A stretch of DNA of 64,000 bases from Amphiscolops sp. MND2022 (lineage: Eukaryota), in NCBI GenBank assembly GCA_964187785.1, contig OZ076414.1:27652001-27716000 (forward strand), given 5' to 3'. This document shows, piece by piece, positions 37,011-50,692 of this stretch. A program made the translations under genes and the position numbers. Under the pieces are notes generated by a model that worked only from the letters and a program-made list of their open reading frames with translations, was not told the DNA's origin and searched no databases. The stretch's first letter is position 1, and every line of letters begins with the position of its first letter.

Positions 37011-38535
37011 AGGGAAAACTTTTTTTCCTGCTTTCTGCACCCTTCTCGACTGTTAGTATGTTGCAATTTCTTGAGCAAAACGAAGTCAGTCCTAATTTCC
37101 CCTCTCTACTTCGGAAGATTTTTGGAAGAAAGCCATTTTTTCGTCATGTTTTTCTACAAAACGATCACTTCAACGGTAAAGTAAAAATCTTCAGCATTAT
37201 CTCGATGGAAAGCCAGCTTCTAGCATCCAACGTTTTGATAACCCAGAGTCAACATCTCCAGCTTTTCTCTTTTTGCCACCTTTACCCTTTCCTCATTGAA
37301 GAGAGTGCTAGGAGAAAAAATTTAAAAAGTTCAATCTTAGGAGTACTTGTTGTTTTACTTTGGGTTTTGTTTTTGTTTCCGCTTGTGATTTCATCGAAAC
37401 CTGAACCAACATATCACAATGAGTTGTATGATAGTTTTCAACAGCTCTTCAAATGTGTTTATTAACATGTTCAACGATGCTAAAAGTCAGCTTAGAGTGT
37501 TGACTAAATTTCATCCTCGACAAACAATACTCATCAAAGACCGACGGTCCGCTTGACGGCAGCAGGGAATTACTCCAGTCTTATAAAGCTTGTAAATAAA
37601 TGTCTGAAGGAACAAATAATCAGCCTGTGAGTTGCATGTTTGATGAAATATGGTTGTAAATAGAACGATGGTGTGTTTTAAAAATTGAAATAGGATGAGA
37701 AAAGAGTTGCCCTCTTCACTGGCAGGCTCGAAGGCGCATTACGAGGCTTACAATTAAGTAAAAATTGGTATGTGTTGATGGTATGTTTCAAGTATGAAAT
37801 AACTTTATTTACATTCAGCCACGACGTCGTTTAAGCTAGAATTTAAGTAAACGTAATGTGAGGAGGGCGATTAGAGAAGTCCGTATATTGTACGGTCACT
37901 GAGTGGTGAGTTGTCCAGAGGTAAAATTGAATTCTGCTAGTAAATTGTTTTTTCAGCGTTTGCTCGAAGTCACCTTTAGTCTTCGTAGACGCATTGCAGC
38001 TATTCTGTTATCTAGTTTTCCGTTATTGCAGCTATTCTGTATTCTAGTTTTCCGTAATCATTCATTAACCTAGTCATTCGTTACATTATCTATTCCGCTT
38101 AAGCTGCTGCTCAGTTTCAATCTCCCTCATTTCAGTCTATCCAGAACCCCTTTCGCATTTCTCCTGCAGCATTTCATGGACCACCTCTTGAATCAACAAT
38201 CAACCAACTGGGATTGTGGATTTGAGAGAACAAACAAAACCCCGGTACCCAGAGTTTTATTCCAACAGTTTACCCTTTAGACTGTCAACTGAAACAAACA
38301 ATGCCGCTCATCAATATGGAGGAAACGTCAGGTTGGTTCTTCTGTTCGAAATGTCAATTTCAAGCTTGATCTTAGTTTACTTTGACTGAAAGTACTGCCG
38401 CCTTCGTGAAATGTTTCAACTAAAAATGAACACATTGTTTAAACTTGCCTTCAAAAGTTTTTTTATTGCGGCAAGATGGGTCGTTATTCAGGAAGTGAAA
38501 CGCGTAATTTCAACTCTTTACTTTTAAGTAGAGAC

Positions 38536-41271
38536 ATGAGTGACCAACCACTTCGGAACTTGAGTCAGCAAAAGACTCCCAATCCTGACATGCTCATCTC
38601 CAGCGACGCAGAGGCTAGGGACACTCATGCCGTTCAGCGCGAAGGGAATGTGTCCCTATTTTAGTCCGGCAGTTCACAGGAGAGCGTTGAATCTTACTTT
38701 GCTCGCGAAATGGAAGAGTTGGGCCTTCACAACGCCAGCTTACTTGCCCCTGATTTCACCGTATTGCCAACTAAAGCTAGTTGTGAGGAAGCACTAGCTG
38801 TCACACCAGGAGACCCAAAGGCTACTTTCGGCCATGAACTAACGCCTTCTTGCCAACAATGAGTTACTTGGATCCTGCAGTCCCAGTATTCTCCATTATC
38901 AAAACAAGTTCTAGGTGGCAGGGCGCGCCGAAAGCGAAGGTTACGATAGGCATTTCTGAGCAACAGATACTACCAGTGTTGACATCATGGCAACATGTGA
39001 GCAAGCACCATCATCAACCACTAGTCTATCATCAGGCACTGTTTCGAGGAGACAACCCCCATTGGTTTACCTCAGCGCCACCCTTCAGTTTCTCTGAATG
39101 CATATCAAATGCAGCTCATGAATCAAATTCTCGGCATTGTGGCAGATGAAAGTGCACGGGCATCAGTTGCCATGATGGAGAATATAACTGAGAGGGCCAG
39201 CCGATATAACATTGGTGATGGCCAATTGCAGCCAACCCTGGCTCCAACGTTTCTGTAGCCGATTGTTTTTATCCTGGTTCAGATGTTGACGACTGATCTA
39301 GAGGACGCTGGGCAGTGCCATAGCGGGGCATTGAGGAGCGATGACGGTTGGAACGGCATCGGGAACACATGCGAAAGACATCCAGGATCCGAGATTGCAT
39401 TGATTGCCCAACCATCACAAAGCTTACTGAGGTGCCTATTTTATTCAAACCAGTGAGTTGCAAAGGTACCACATCAGGTCTAGTTGATCAGGTCTCCGTG
39501 ATCAGTCAGTGCTCTTCGTTCGAACACGGTGCGCAATGCCCCTATCGACTCGATGCCCTCTCTGTCCAGAATTTAACGCGTAAAAGGAGGTACAGTGTCT
39601 TTGGAAGCATCGATTTCTTCTCCGTCCTCCAATTCTTGGTCTTTTCACTGCGGCTGCTTAGTCTTGGAATGAACTTTACTAATCCCTGAACTTACAAAAG
39701 TTAAGAAACTGAGCTTCCACCCTCCACCCTCTTTCTCACCGGTTTAAATTCCAACATTCACCTATTTCGTTGGTTTTAGGCCATCAAAAGTCGACGTTGG
39801 AAATTCCTATACTTCCAAGGTTGTGCCAGGATTGTTAGCTAACTATAAGCACATAACTGATTTATTGTTCTCTGACGCTAACCCTCACGAGATGCAGGGA
39901 GTCAAAAAGCAGGTTAGTTTCGTATCGCCGTGTAGACATCAGGGTCATAATTCAGCAATTGAAGAACTCGTTGTTTTCCAGCCTCAAAGCTGAAGCTTTG
40001 AATGGTCAACCGTACACGATGAGATGTTTCCTACCAGACTTGAATTCTTCTATAAGCTCATACGTGATTGTTAGTATAACTATTTTCCATCGCCCTATGT
40101 ATCAAAACTACATGAGGTCACTTCGAACTTGTGTTCAGTCGTGAATGGTTTTACCATCAGTTGGGTGGCCGCCCTGGCAGTGCTTTTTACAGGTATAGAG
40201 AAACGTGCCAATATCTTCTAAAGCTTACCCGACTCTGCGTCAGTCCGAAACTGTTGCCCATTGAGTCTCACTTTACAAGATTCGTGACCCGTCTATCGTT
40301 GAAGCGAAAACTTTGATTGTCACAGAATTTCTAACAAGGATGAAACTGGGACCCAAGTTCTATCATCCATGTTAAATTCGGGCGGACAGAGAAAAACATG
40401 AAAAGAAGCATGACGGGGTTCCGGGTGGCATTGTGATTGGACAGTTCAAGGCAAAATTCGGACGACTTGGTCGCAGCTATATCGTGTTTCTTTTCAGGGT
40501 GACCCAAGTTCTCAATTGCTTTGCTACTGATATAGTACCTGATATGCTTGTGGGCTCCTTTGATCTCAGTACTTCGCTCGTCGATCTTCTTGAGTTGGCC
40601 ATTTATTGCTTTGGACAACTAAGTACCAGCTTCCGATTGAGGGGTTAGAATATAACAGAGGAACCTCAATGACTTGATGAATACCCATCCTTTATTGATG
40701 ACTTACGGCAGCGATATACTGACTTGCCTCAGCTTTCTCTATTTTACACGAAACTATAGACATTGTGATGAATTTGCGTTCCTTACAGTCTCGACCATTG
40801 CTCTTCACGTTGTTTGTCCTTAGCTGAATATGCATTGACGAGCCCTTTCACCAGCACCCGCCTGACATGTTTCAGAATAATAATTCAGAAGATCCAACCA
40901 GACAGTTGACCAACGTAATCCTTCCCGTGTAATCTTATATCTCCAATGTAGCCCGAGGGGCGAGATAATGACTAGCGAGGAGTCAGTGTCAAAGTTCCTG
41001 AGTCTTGCGCCTACTTTTGGATCCACTAGCCTCAGCAACGGATACTGTCCTTGGTTGAGCGTGGACTTCTTTGGGAGGGCAGAAATTAGAGAGGCTCTGG
41101 ATCCTACTGGGTCATGCCAGCGGGACTTTCCGTTGAATCTGCTCCTCAAGCGATTGGAATTGTTGAATCCCCTAAGAGCTTCCCAGTATCCCCCGGCAAG
41201 AAGCGGACTAATAGTCAGTTAACCAACAAGGATCGGTCACAATCTAGTGAAGATCTCTGTGCCAGCTGTAA
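38536..41271 (+). pseudogene. Decayed antisense accessory gene homologous to the 15334-16428 hAT-like C-terminus
   Basis: Manual translation: CFGQLSTSFRLRG*...LDEYPSFIDDLR...RPLLFTLFVLS*IC...LPV*SYISNV...GYCPWLSV parallels CEQLCDYLSRYQW...LSEYCSFNEKFR...RENLHTVFKLCC...HTVQSSLSGI...DFSVWDV. Confidence 0.55.
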
Positions 41272-44200
41272 AAAAATTTCAATTGAACTTAGTGTACAAT
41301 TGTTTTTACACTGTTTTTTGTTTATACAAGTTTATCCTTTTTTATTTCTTGTTTGCTCGTGGTACAGAGTTTTAGTCCAAGAGTCAAATTAGTCCCTGAA
41401 TTTATATTATTCAACTTTAGGGACTTTTAACTTACTTCTACGTTCAGTATCTGTATTCATCAGTGAAGTTGGTGGTGGGGTTATGTCTAAGGTTAGAATT
41501 TCCTTCGCTAGTACTTTCATTTTCTACAACCAAGTCATCTATTTTACTGTCGGATATATCGGGCACAATAGTATCGATCCCACGTGTTGATTTTTAGTCA
41601 ACTTAATAATCGTCTATGTATTCAGAGTGCGTTTTTCAGCTGGAACGAGAGTTTCTTTTGTGTCGTGCCCCTTGGACCAAAAGTCCACGTCGATGAAAAT
41701 GTGATCCTGCTCACCAGCATCATCTGCATAATTCCTGGTAGAGTCTAGGTTGGAAGAGAAAGACGAAAGTGGGTCATTTTGGTTGAGAATAGGGAATGCT
41801 CCAAAATCCCGTTTCGCATGTAATGATATATATAGTTTATCTTGCGTGATAATAGATTCATCAACGGGCCGTAAATTTCCTTCTGGTCGAGTATCCGTTG
41901 AAACGGAAGTTAGCTCATGCTTACGTTGCCGTTTTCAATGTAAGTTTTGCGTTTTGTTGCAATGGAGTTTTCTAACTATGTATGTTTCATTGGGTAAGAC
42001 CGTTTCAACGATAAAAAGCCCAATCCACCGAAACGCTGAAAAAAGAATGTTTGATCCCTGGTGGTCTGCGATGGGTTGAACAATGAAACAACAGTCGCTT
42101 TGTTTTATTGGCGCCGCTTTGGCGTTTTGATCATATTACTCTTCACATTAAAATAAAATTTCATGATGTTTTCATTTGTAAAGTCGATTAACATTTTCAT
42201 TTCGTCAGGAATTTTATCAGCAAAATCTGTAGTTGATAGGACCTTCGGATTAGACTTGGGGCCCAATTTAAGAAATAGTATGTTAAAAAGAATTCGTCCG
42301 TGGAAAATCCCTGAGGGTTCACAGCCCAGGATTACATGATAGGTGGTAGTGTAGTTCAGTACGGTCAATTGCAAATATTTAAACCATTGACGCTGGTACT
42401 CCCCTGAGGTCGTTTTAAGATTCGTTTCAAGACTAGCATGAGTACGTTCCAGTTTACCAATCCAATAGTTTGTGGATGTTTTCTCATCGCACATTTAATT
42501 TGTATTCCCAGAATTTGAGCACTTTTGGCAACCAACTTTAACGTAAAGTAAAGGCTACCCCTTTATCAGTAATCAAAGTTGTCGGCAAATAAGTGTATTT
42601 AGTCATTATATGAATCATAGTTTTGCCATGTTTGTGGCCGATGCGTCCGCAACTGGGTAAACGAAGAGATATCTTGAGAAAAGGTCCATACCGGTGATGA
42701 TGTTTCCATATCCGCCCGTTTACGTGTAATTTCGGTAACAAGTCAATTTGAATCGCATCCTCTGGACCTAAATCCCATTCAAGTAGATTGAGTAGTTCGG
42801 GAGTAACGCTCGACTTGAAAATACTTTTGTTGTTCGCAACCACGGACCCTTTTTTGACAGTTTTTGCTACATCTGGGTAATAACATTTGAATTATTTTCT
42901 CGTTACAGTTTTGAATTTCATGGTTGTTTATCTGCTTTTCCATGAAGACAAAGAAGGAATTCATTCATTAGGTTAGGTGTTCTGGTAACAGCACTTGGTT
43001 GTATTCAACTTGCCCTGTTTCATCGAAGGTTTGTGTGATGATACTTTCGCCTATAATGGACAGCCGGTCTAATTGGCGAGCTTAATGGTAGTATCGAGTA
43101 TCTTGTAGTAAAATGGCCTCTGAGTGTTCTTCTTTCAACATTTTAAGATTAGGTTGCTGCGGAATGATATCGTTGTTTTGCTCGATGGCCATAGTATTAT
43201 TGTTGAACAGTTTTTAAAAAATGAATTTTTATAGTAATGACTGACATTAACGGTGAATTTAATAGGTAAGATTTCCGGTGTTTGATTTGTCGGGTTAATC
43301 CTAGCTTCTGTTGTCCTTTGCCAAATTTGTTCATCTGTGTCGTCTTTGTCGTCATTGATAAAAAAAGTCAAAAAAGGGGCCCTCCTCTGTGACTCCCGCC
43401 GATTGTACATGAAAATCAATTGGGGTGGTTGATATGTCTTCTCAGATTCTGAGGGTTAGTTTCTTTTTTGAAGAGGTCTCTAGACGCGACAGGTAGTCAG
43501 CTGCTCTGTTGTTTTTGCCACGAATCTGAGCAATGCTAAAAGTGAACTGGACTACGTAGTCCCATGCATTCCAGTGTGTAGGAAGAATGATGGTTCTTTG
43601 ATAAAAATGGGTGACTGACTTGTTGTTCGTTGGAATAACAATCGGTTTCGGGGTTGTCCAAAACATGAGTCCAAAGTCTATAAATGCAAAGGTTATGGCC
43701 AAAAATGTTTTTTCGCTTACGGACGTTTTCATTTGGGTAGGTCTAGAATTTTTTGATCCGTAGGCTTCTGGTGCAAAGGTCTCCTCATTGAAGTGTACTT
43801 CTCGAGGGGATCGTCTTCGATGAGGACTGCATAACCCGCGGTCGAAAAGCTACCATCTGTCATTAGGGATATTTGCGTGTTCGGTAAAGATTGTTTAAGT
43901 GCTAGTTCTCAACATTGGTCAACAGCCTTGTTTATCCCAGTGAATGTTTCCAACCGATTGTTGTAACCGAGCCGTTTTTATCGTTTTTCAACACTTTAGA
44001 GAACGGTGTGAGGTTTTCTGAGAGTCTCAGATGGTAATTCCAAAAGTGGTTCGCGAATATTTTGAGTAACATTGAAGTGCCTTTTTGGATTTTAGGATTT
44101 TGGTGTTTTCTAAGTTTTGGACCCGTGGTCTTTGTTGCTTCCGTTGCTTCAGAATGGCATTTATGCATAGTTAGCTTCAGGGCTTCCTTTTGGATGCATT

Positions 44201-45112
44201 GGAATTTTGGTCCAAATTTTTGAATTAGCTGATCAGCATCCTTTGCAGCTGTTCCGATATCATCGACATTTTGCGCGAACTTGTCAGCTTTGATGATTTT
44301 TTTTAATATTCGCTCATGAAGCTAGAAAAGGCTGATAGGGCTCGACTAAAGCATTGGGCTATGCGACGGAAATTAGTAGCGAGCATTTCGATGGACCGCT
44401 TGTCGTCCATCTGAAGGCGTTATATGCTTGAGAGCAACCTAGTTTGCAAAAATGTTTTTTTTGCATGCCATGTGTTGAGCTGCATCAGTTAGGATAGTGA
44501 CGGCATGATTGTTGTTTATGCAATCATCTGAGATTAGATAGTTAATTTTGCGGAGATTTTTGAGCAGAGATTGCACTGGCATGTTTGGAAAAAGGGAGAG
44601 TTGTTATAATCCCGTATCGGCGTAGAAGTGCTAGTTCCACAACGAAGTCTTCCTTGAGGTTGATTCGTGTCGGTAGTTTCTGGCTCTACACGGGGGGATA
44701 TTTATTTGGTGTCAGTTTGAACTTAAATTCTTCATTCATACCCCTGTCGAATCTGTGTCTGGCAACGATAACATGAAATTCGACTAAAAAGTCTTCTATG
44801 CGGGCTATTTTATCAAGCTGTAGCATAGAGTCCATCCAGTTGAAGTAGAAGAGAAATTGTTGTCGCGACAAAAGGTTGTCTTGAGGATTGATATTTTCCA
44901 AATCTTGAAGATTTTCCAGCTCCTTTAGGATGCGTCTCTGAATTGGTTTGTGAAGCTGAGGGTCCCCAGGGCTTCTGGTGTCGGGAATCAGGAGTTTTCC
45001 TTGAAGTCCTTAGGTTTAGTAGACTTAATCAAGCTACTTGCGTGGAAAGCAGCATTTTCGGGATCTTTCTGTAACAGGTGCCGTGTGATCACTGGGTCTA
45101 TGGGCTTGACAT

Positions 45113-48100
45113 ATATAATCTGTTCTGATGTTAGGACAGAGAAATTAGCAACATGCGAATCTTTTTTAACGGTATATGGGCTATCTGTCTGTGAAATAGC
45201 TAGCATCTGTGAACACTACCATTGGTCAGTGTGACTAGAGCTGCACAAAAGGTGAGATCACCCTCTTCAGTGAGAGCATCGCACGGTTGTAGAATGTTTT
45301 TTTTTCATGTTTGGGGAAAGGAGTCCGTTACCCGGTCGTTTCGCTATTGGGACTGTGGACATTGTAGGGACGGGAATGTCGTCGCTTTCCTCAAGTCCAA
45401 TAATTTCTAATTCACTCTCTAAGTGCGTGACAATCTCATCAAACCTTGCGTTTTCTAGTATCGTCATATTGACTGAGCGTTTGAGTTTTGGTGGTGATTT
45501 ACCATAGGAAAGGCTGTCAATCATTGCTTGAGCATTTTCCCCAAACATTTTTTAAGCACCCTGATTGATTTATTCGAGGAAATCAGGTAGCTTCATAGTA
45601 CCTGGATGAAAAAACAGTTTATGCCATTTGTGCTTGGCAGTTGCTCGGGATTCTGATTTGACATATTTCCTTCGGAAAACAGCCACAAGATCGTCGAGTG
45701 TCTGCCTATTCGCTCTGTTTTGGTTTGGAAGAGTGTTTTTGCGCAACAGAAAATGAAAGCGGATTTTTTTAAATTGACTCCGTCATGTTGGGTTGCATCT
45801 TTATCATTGTATGGGAAAGATCCTCCAATAATTGAATTTTTTAAATTTCCGATCGAAAGAAGTCAGTGTGTTTGTTGACCGGACGTACCATTAGTGTTTG
45901 TGCTGATGATTTGTTGTTCATATCAGCTAACACCTCGGCTAAATGGTTGATGGGATCAGCAGATTTAATTTGGGCTGTATCCTCCTGGACCGGGGGTCCA
46001 ATGTTCGGAGACTCAGTATGTGCTGAATTGTTTAGGTTTTCTTGGGGGCGCAGTGAGAAATTCACGAAATGTACGAGGGGCAGGGTTGGCTCCTGTCACC
46101 TTTTTAAAATCATCATCATTACTGTGAGGGTCAATTGAGCTCTCCTTATTGTGACGATTTTGATTCTTAGCATTTTTGCCTATTTTTATGACAATTCCCC
46201 AAACTCTTTTGGGGCCGTTCACCCCAGTGCTCATGTGTCGCCCACTAGACGCTATGTCCACAATTGCTCTAGCACCTGTCTCAAGTTCACCTAAAGCGTC
46301 TCTGATTGTTGGTAGTACCTGTTCAGAGATAACTTGTTCTATTGTTTCACGGATTTGTAAATTTAGATTCAACTTCATCTCATTCTTTTTACCTGACGTT
46401 TGACTTGTAATTTCACTCTTTATCATTTTAACTCTCACTGCAGTAATCTCGCTGCTCCCTCGACTGTTTGTGTTTAACAAGGTCCTAAAATCTTCTTCGG
46501 TAGGGATGGTTTTACTTTGCAGCTTACTAGACCTTTGGTTCACGTTTTTTTTTCATTTTCACTCAATTGACTTTTAGCTTCATTTGTAGAATACCTCCCT
46601 TGCATTACATCTAATTTTTCCATGTCAAAAGTGACGTCTGATTGCTGAGAACGTTCCTCTTGCACTTTCTGGTTACGAGTAGAAGGCATTGAAAAGTAGT
46701 GATCCTTCCAATACTAAATTGTTGAGAAATTTCAACGAACAAGAAACAGAAATCAAACTGTTGAGGTTGAGTATCACTTGTGATTTTATCAGAAATTCTG
46801 ATCCTTTTTTCTAATATAGTTCATATTGCATGACAACCAGAAACTTGTGGGTCATATAATCTGTTCTGATGTTAGGACAGAGAAATTAGCAACATGCGAA
46901 TCTTTTTTAACGGTATATGGGCTATCTGTCTGTGAAATAGCTAGCATCTGTGAACACTACCATTGGTCAGTGTGACTAGAGCTGCACAAAAGGTGAGATC
47001 ACCCTCTTCAGTGAGAGCATCGCACGGTTGTAGAATGTTTTTTTTTCATGTTTGGGGAAAGGAGTCCGTTACCCGGTCGTTTCGCTATTGGGACTGTGGA
47101 CATTGTAGGGACGGGAATGTCGTCGCTTTCCTCAAGTCCAATAATTTCTAATTCACTCTCTAAGTGCGTGACAATCTCATCAAACCTTGCGTTTTCTAGT
47201 ATCGTCATATTGACTGAGCGTTTGAGTTTTGGTGGTGATTTACCATAGGAAAGGCTGTCAATCATTGCTTGAGCATTTTCCCCAAACATTTTTTAAGCAC
47301 CCTGATTGATTTATTCGAGGAAATCAGGTAGCTTCATAGTACCTGGATGAAAAAACAGTTTATGCCATTTGTGCTTGGCAGTTGCTCGGGATTCTGATTT
47401 GACATATTTCCTTCGGAAAACAGCCACAAGATCGTCGAGTGTCTGCCTATTCGCTCTGTTTTGGTTTGGAAGAGTGTTTTTGCGCAACAGAAAATGAAAG
47501 CGGATTTTTTTAAATTGACTCCGTCATGTTGGGTTGCATCTTTATCATTGTATGGGAAAGATCCTCCAATAATTGAATTTTTTAAATTTCCGATCGAAAG
47601 AAGTCAGTGTGTTTGTTGACCGGACGTACCATTAGTGTTTGTGCTGATGATTTGTTGTTCATATCAGCTAACACCTCGGCTAAATGGTTGATGGGATCAG
47701 CAGATTTAATTTGGGCTGTATCCTCCTGGACCGGGGGTCCAATGTTCGGAGACTCAGTATGTGCTGAATTGTTTAGGTTTTCTTGGGGGCGCAGTGAGAA
47801 ATTCACGAAATGTACGAGGGGCAGGGTTGGCTCCTGTCACCTTTTTAAAATCATCATCATTACTGTGAGGGTCAATTGAGCTCTCCTTATTGTGACGATT
47901 TTGATTCTTAGCATTTTTGCCTATTTTTATGACAATTCCCCAAACTCTTTTGGGGCCGTTCACCCCAGTGCTCATGTGTCGCCCACTAGACGCTATGTCC
48001 ACAATTGCTCTAGCACCTGTCTCAAGTTCACCTAAAGCGTCTCTGATTGTTGGTAGTACCTGTTCAGAGATAACTTGTTCTATTGTTTCACGGATTTGTA

Positions 48101-48594
48101 AATTTAGATTCAACTTCATCTCATTCTTTTTACCTGACGTTTGACTTGTAATTTCACTCTTTATCATTTTAACTCTCACTGCAGTAATCTCGCTGCTCCC
48201 TCGACTGTTTGTGTTTAACAAGGTCCTAAAATCTTCTTCGGTAGGGATGGTTTTACTTTGCAGCTTACTAGACCTTTGGTTCACGTTTTTTTTTCATTTT
48301 CACTCAATTGACTTTTAGCTTCATTTGTAGAATACCTCCCTTGCATTACATCTAATTTTTCCATGTCAAAAGTGACGTCTGATTGCTGAGAACGTTCCTC
48401 TTGCACTTTCTGGTTACGAGTAGAAGGCATTGAAAAGTAGTGATCCTTCCAATACTAAATTGTTGAGAAATTTCAACGAACAAGAAACAGAAATCAAACT
48501 GTTGAGGTTGAGTATCACTTGTGATTTTATCAGAAATTCTGATCCTTTTTTCTAATATAGTTCATATTGCATGACAACCAGAAACTTGTGGGTC
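45113..48594. repeat. 1741-bp direct tandem duplication, apparently identical copies
   Basis: Copies 45113-46853 and 46854-48594; ATATAA microhomology at 45113, 46854 and 48595; identical ORF translations. Confidence 0.97.
47829..47842 (-). other. Primer-binding-site remnant (A)GGTGACAGGAGCC
   Basis: Directly follows the LTR end; one mismatch from TGG start; duplicated at about 46088-46101. Confidence 0.6.
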
Positions 48595-49237
48595 ATATAA
48601 CTATTTATAGCATCAGTCTAATATTACGTAATTTCTCTTTATAGCGTCACAGTCATTTAGACATGACGTCACAACTTATCATACGAACTGAACTAGTTCA
48701 TTGAGAGTCTAATAATCTAAATACATGCGAATAACAAAGCAACAACAACGGATCGACACTTCATGTACATATACTAATTCAGAAAAAATAGCATAAGGGA
48801 CGCAAAGTCCGCCTGGCTAGAGTAAATGTACAAGTGGTAAAGGAATGTACTTTGATACTGCATTGTGATTGGTCAAAGTGAACCCGGACTGCGCGTTCAC
48901 TGAGCAATAGCAGAGTGACAGTTGAACGCGTTTCCTTCTTTCTTTGCACTTGCCTAATTGCATTCAATTTCACTGCTAATTGATTTCATTACATCACAGC
49001 ATAACATATATACATTCCAACAACAATGTAAAAAAGAATAAGCGCAGAAAATATTTAATCAAAAGAATGCACTGTTATAAATGTTTTAAGCCAGGTTCCA
49101 TTCATGTATTCTGCTGTGGCCAGTCGGACGCAAGGTCCTTACTTCCTAAATTGGCAAAACCCCTGGTGGAGGCTTAGAATTATCTCCTTCTTGGGGAGTT
49201 TGATAGAAATTACCGTCGTAGGCGGCACCTTGCGATT
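47843..49237 (-). mobile_element. 5' LTR (about 1.4 kb, termini degenerate)
   Basis: Shares GGAC.GAAGGTCC...TGGCAA.AC.CCT and GACAGTTGAACGCGTTTC motifs with the solo LTRs; MPST ORF starts at 48430. Confidence 0.72.
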
Positions 49238-49788
49238 GGTATTTTTTGCCTTGAAATAAAAAGATTCAAAAAGCATATCATTCGACATTTTTGTAATTTT
49301 TTTTCGAAATATATCATGCATTAGTAATGCAAATTTAGTACTTTTTGAGTCCTCTGTGTTCACTCCACTTTTTTGAAAACCACCGAATTGTCACAAAGTG
49401 CGAAATGTTTGAAACTACCTTATTTTATAATTCAATTTTGATCTTTTACAACTCCTTTCGGCAGGTCATTTTTTTGCGAAAGCGTTTTCAGAAATAGTCT
49501 TGGCCGAAATTGTAGTTATATTATTATTTTTTAAATTATCCAAATAGTTTGTACAAATTTCTGAGGTTCCAATCCATCAAAAGTCGTAATTATGATGATG
49601 TTCACCGGTGCTGTGAGAGATACGGGTGAAAAACGAATGCGTGCTGTTTCACAATTTTGCGACCGCTTCTGATTTCAACTTTTTAAGTCGACCCAATGCA
49701 CTCAGTGGCAAGTTCTTCAGTAGTTGTCACTATAGTTGCGAAATCCTTGGAATTTCTATAAGTTTCACTGCAGGAAATGAATGTGAAG

Positions 49789-49858
49789 CTTGATTGCTCA
49801 GTGTTTAAAGCGCTACTTTAATAAGTCGGCGGCGCGTGTTCGAATCCCGCTCAGTGCG
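49789..49858 (+). other. Degenerate tRNA-like sequence (SINE head or tRNA pseudogene)
   Basis: A-box-like TTGCTCAGTGTTTAAAGCG and B-box GTTCGAATCC with tRNA-like spacing; stems poor. Confidence 0.4.
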
Positions 49859-50692
49859 TTCTATATTAACATTGTTTCGGGTAAGAATACTAATAAGAGA
49901 TTCAACGTTTATCTGTCATTTTTGATTGCGTTTTTGCGGATTCGAACCGACCTTTTTTAAAAAAAATGAATCAAACGGATTTTTTTTGATGCAACGCTAT
50001 TAACGTACAGAATTTCTAATTTAACCTACAGAATTCGAATACATCATGTCTTATTATTTCCAGAAACTTTGGCCTATTTTTGCAGGCATATCAAAATTAC
50101 TCTGGTACGCTAACAAGTTTTGTTTTTTTTTCACAAAAGTAGAAGACAAAAGTGCCCCATCATTAGACATATTTAGCATTGTGTGACTTTTGTTTGGACA
50201 ATTTTTTTAAATTCATTTAACGCGTCCGTTTTTATGGTTTTTGAAATTTTAGTTGCGACAATGTCTTTTTTTGTGATCCAAAGGTGGCCACTATTAGACT
50301 TTTTCATGAGTGTTAGACCTTTCACGAGAACAGCAATTAAGCACATTCAATCCACTTTGCCGGACCTGATTTGTGTGAGGCGGCTGTCTGTGCCAAAGGT
50401 ACAGAAAAACTGTTGTGTGTAGTAGTGCCGAAAAGTCTACTTTTCAGCTGCTTTTAAACAATAATTTCTCCAATGATTGCTGTTTCAGTGCTGCGCATAG
50501 TTTTCATTAAAAGCCTTACGTATTGTTTCATTAGTTTGTCTTTATCGAAGAATAAGATTGATGTAGTATAGAACAGAGTGGGTGGGGAATTAACAGAAAA
50601 AATCCTACAGAACATTTCACTTTAAGTAACAAATTACAATTAATTTACATTAATTTACGAATGATGAAAATGGCAGTGATTGTTTCTTTTTC

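Larger units (their letters stand above)
41444..49237 (-). mobile_element. Decayed Ty3/Gypsy element: 5' LTR, PBS, gag, deleted protease region, RT, RNase H, integrase
   Basis: Integrase remnants 42105-42843, RNase H 43442-43732 (KNNRAADYLSRL), RT-region remnants about 44000-44900, gag remnants 45267-46100; same C-terminal motif type as the 13-15 kb element. Confidence 0.9.
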
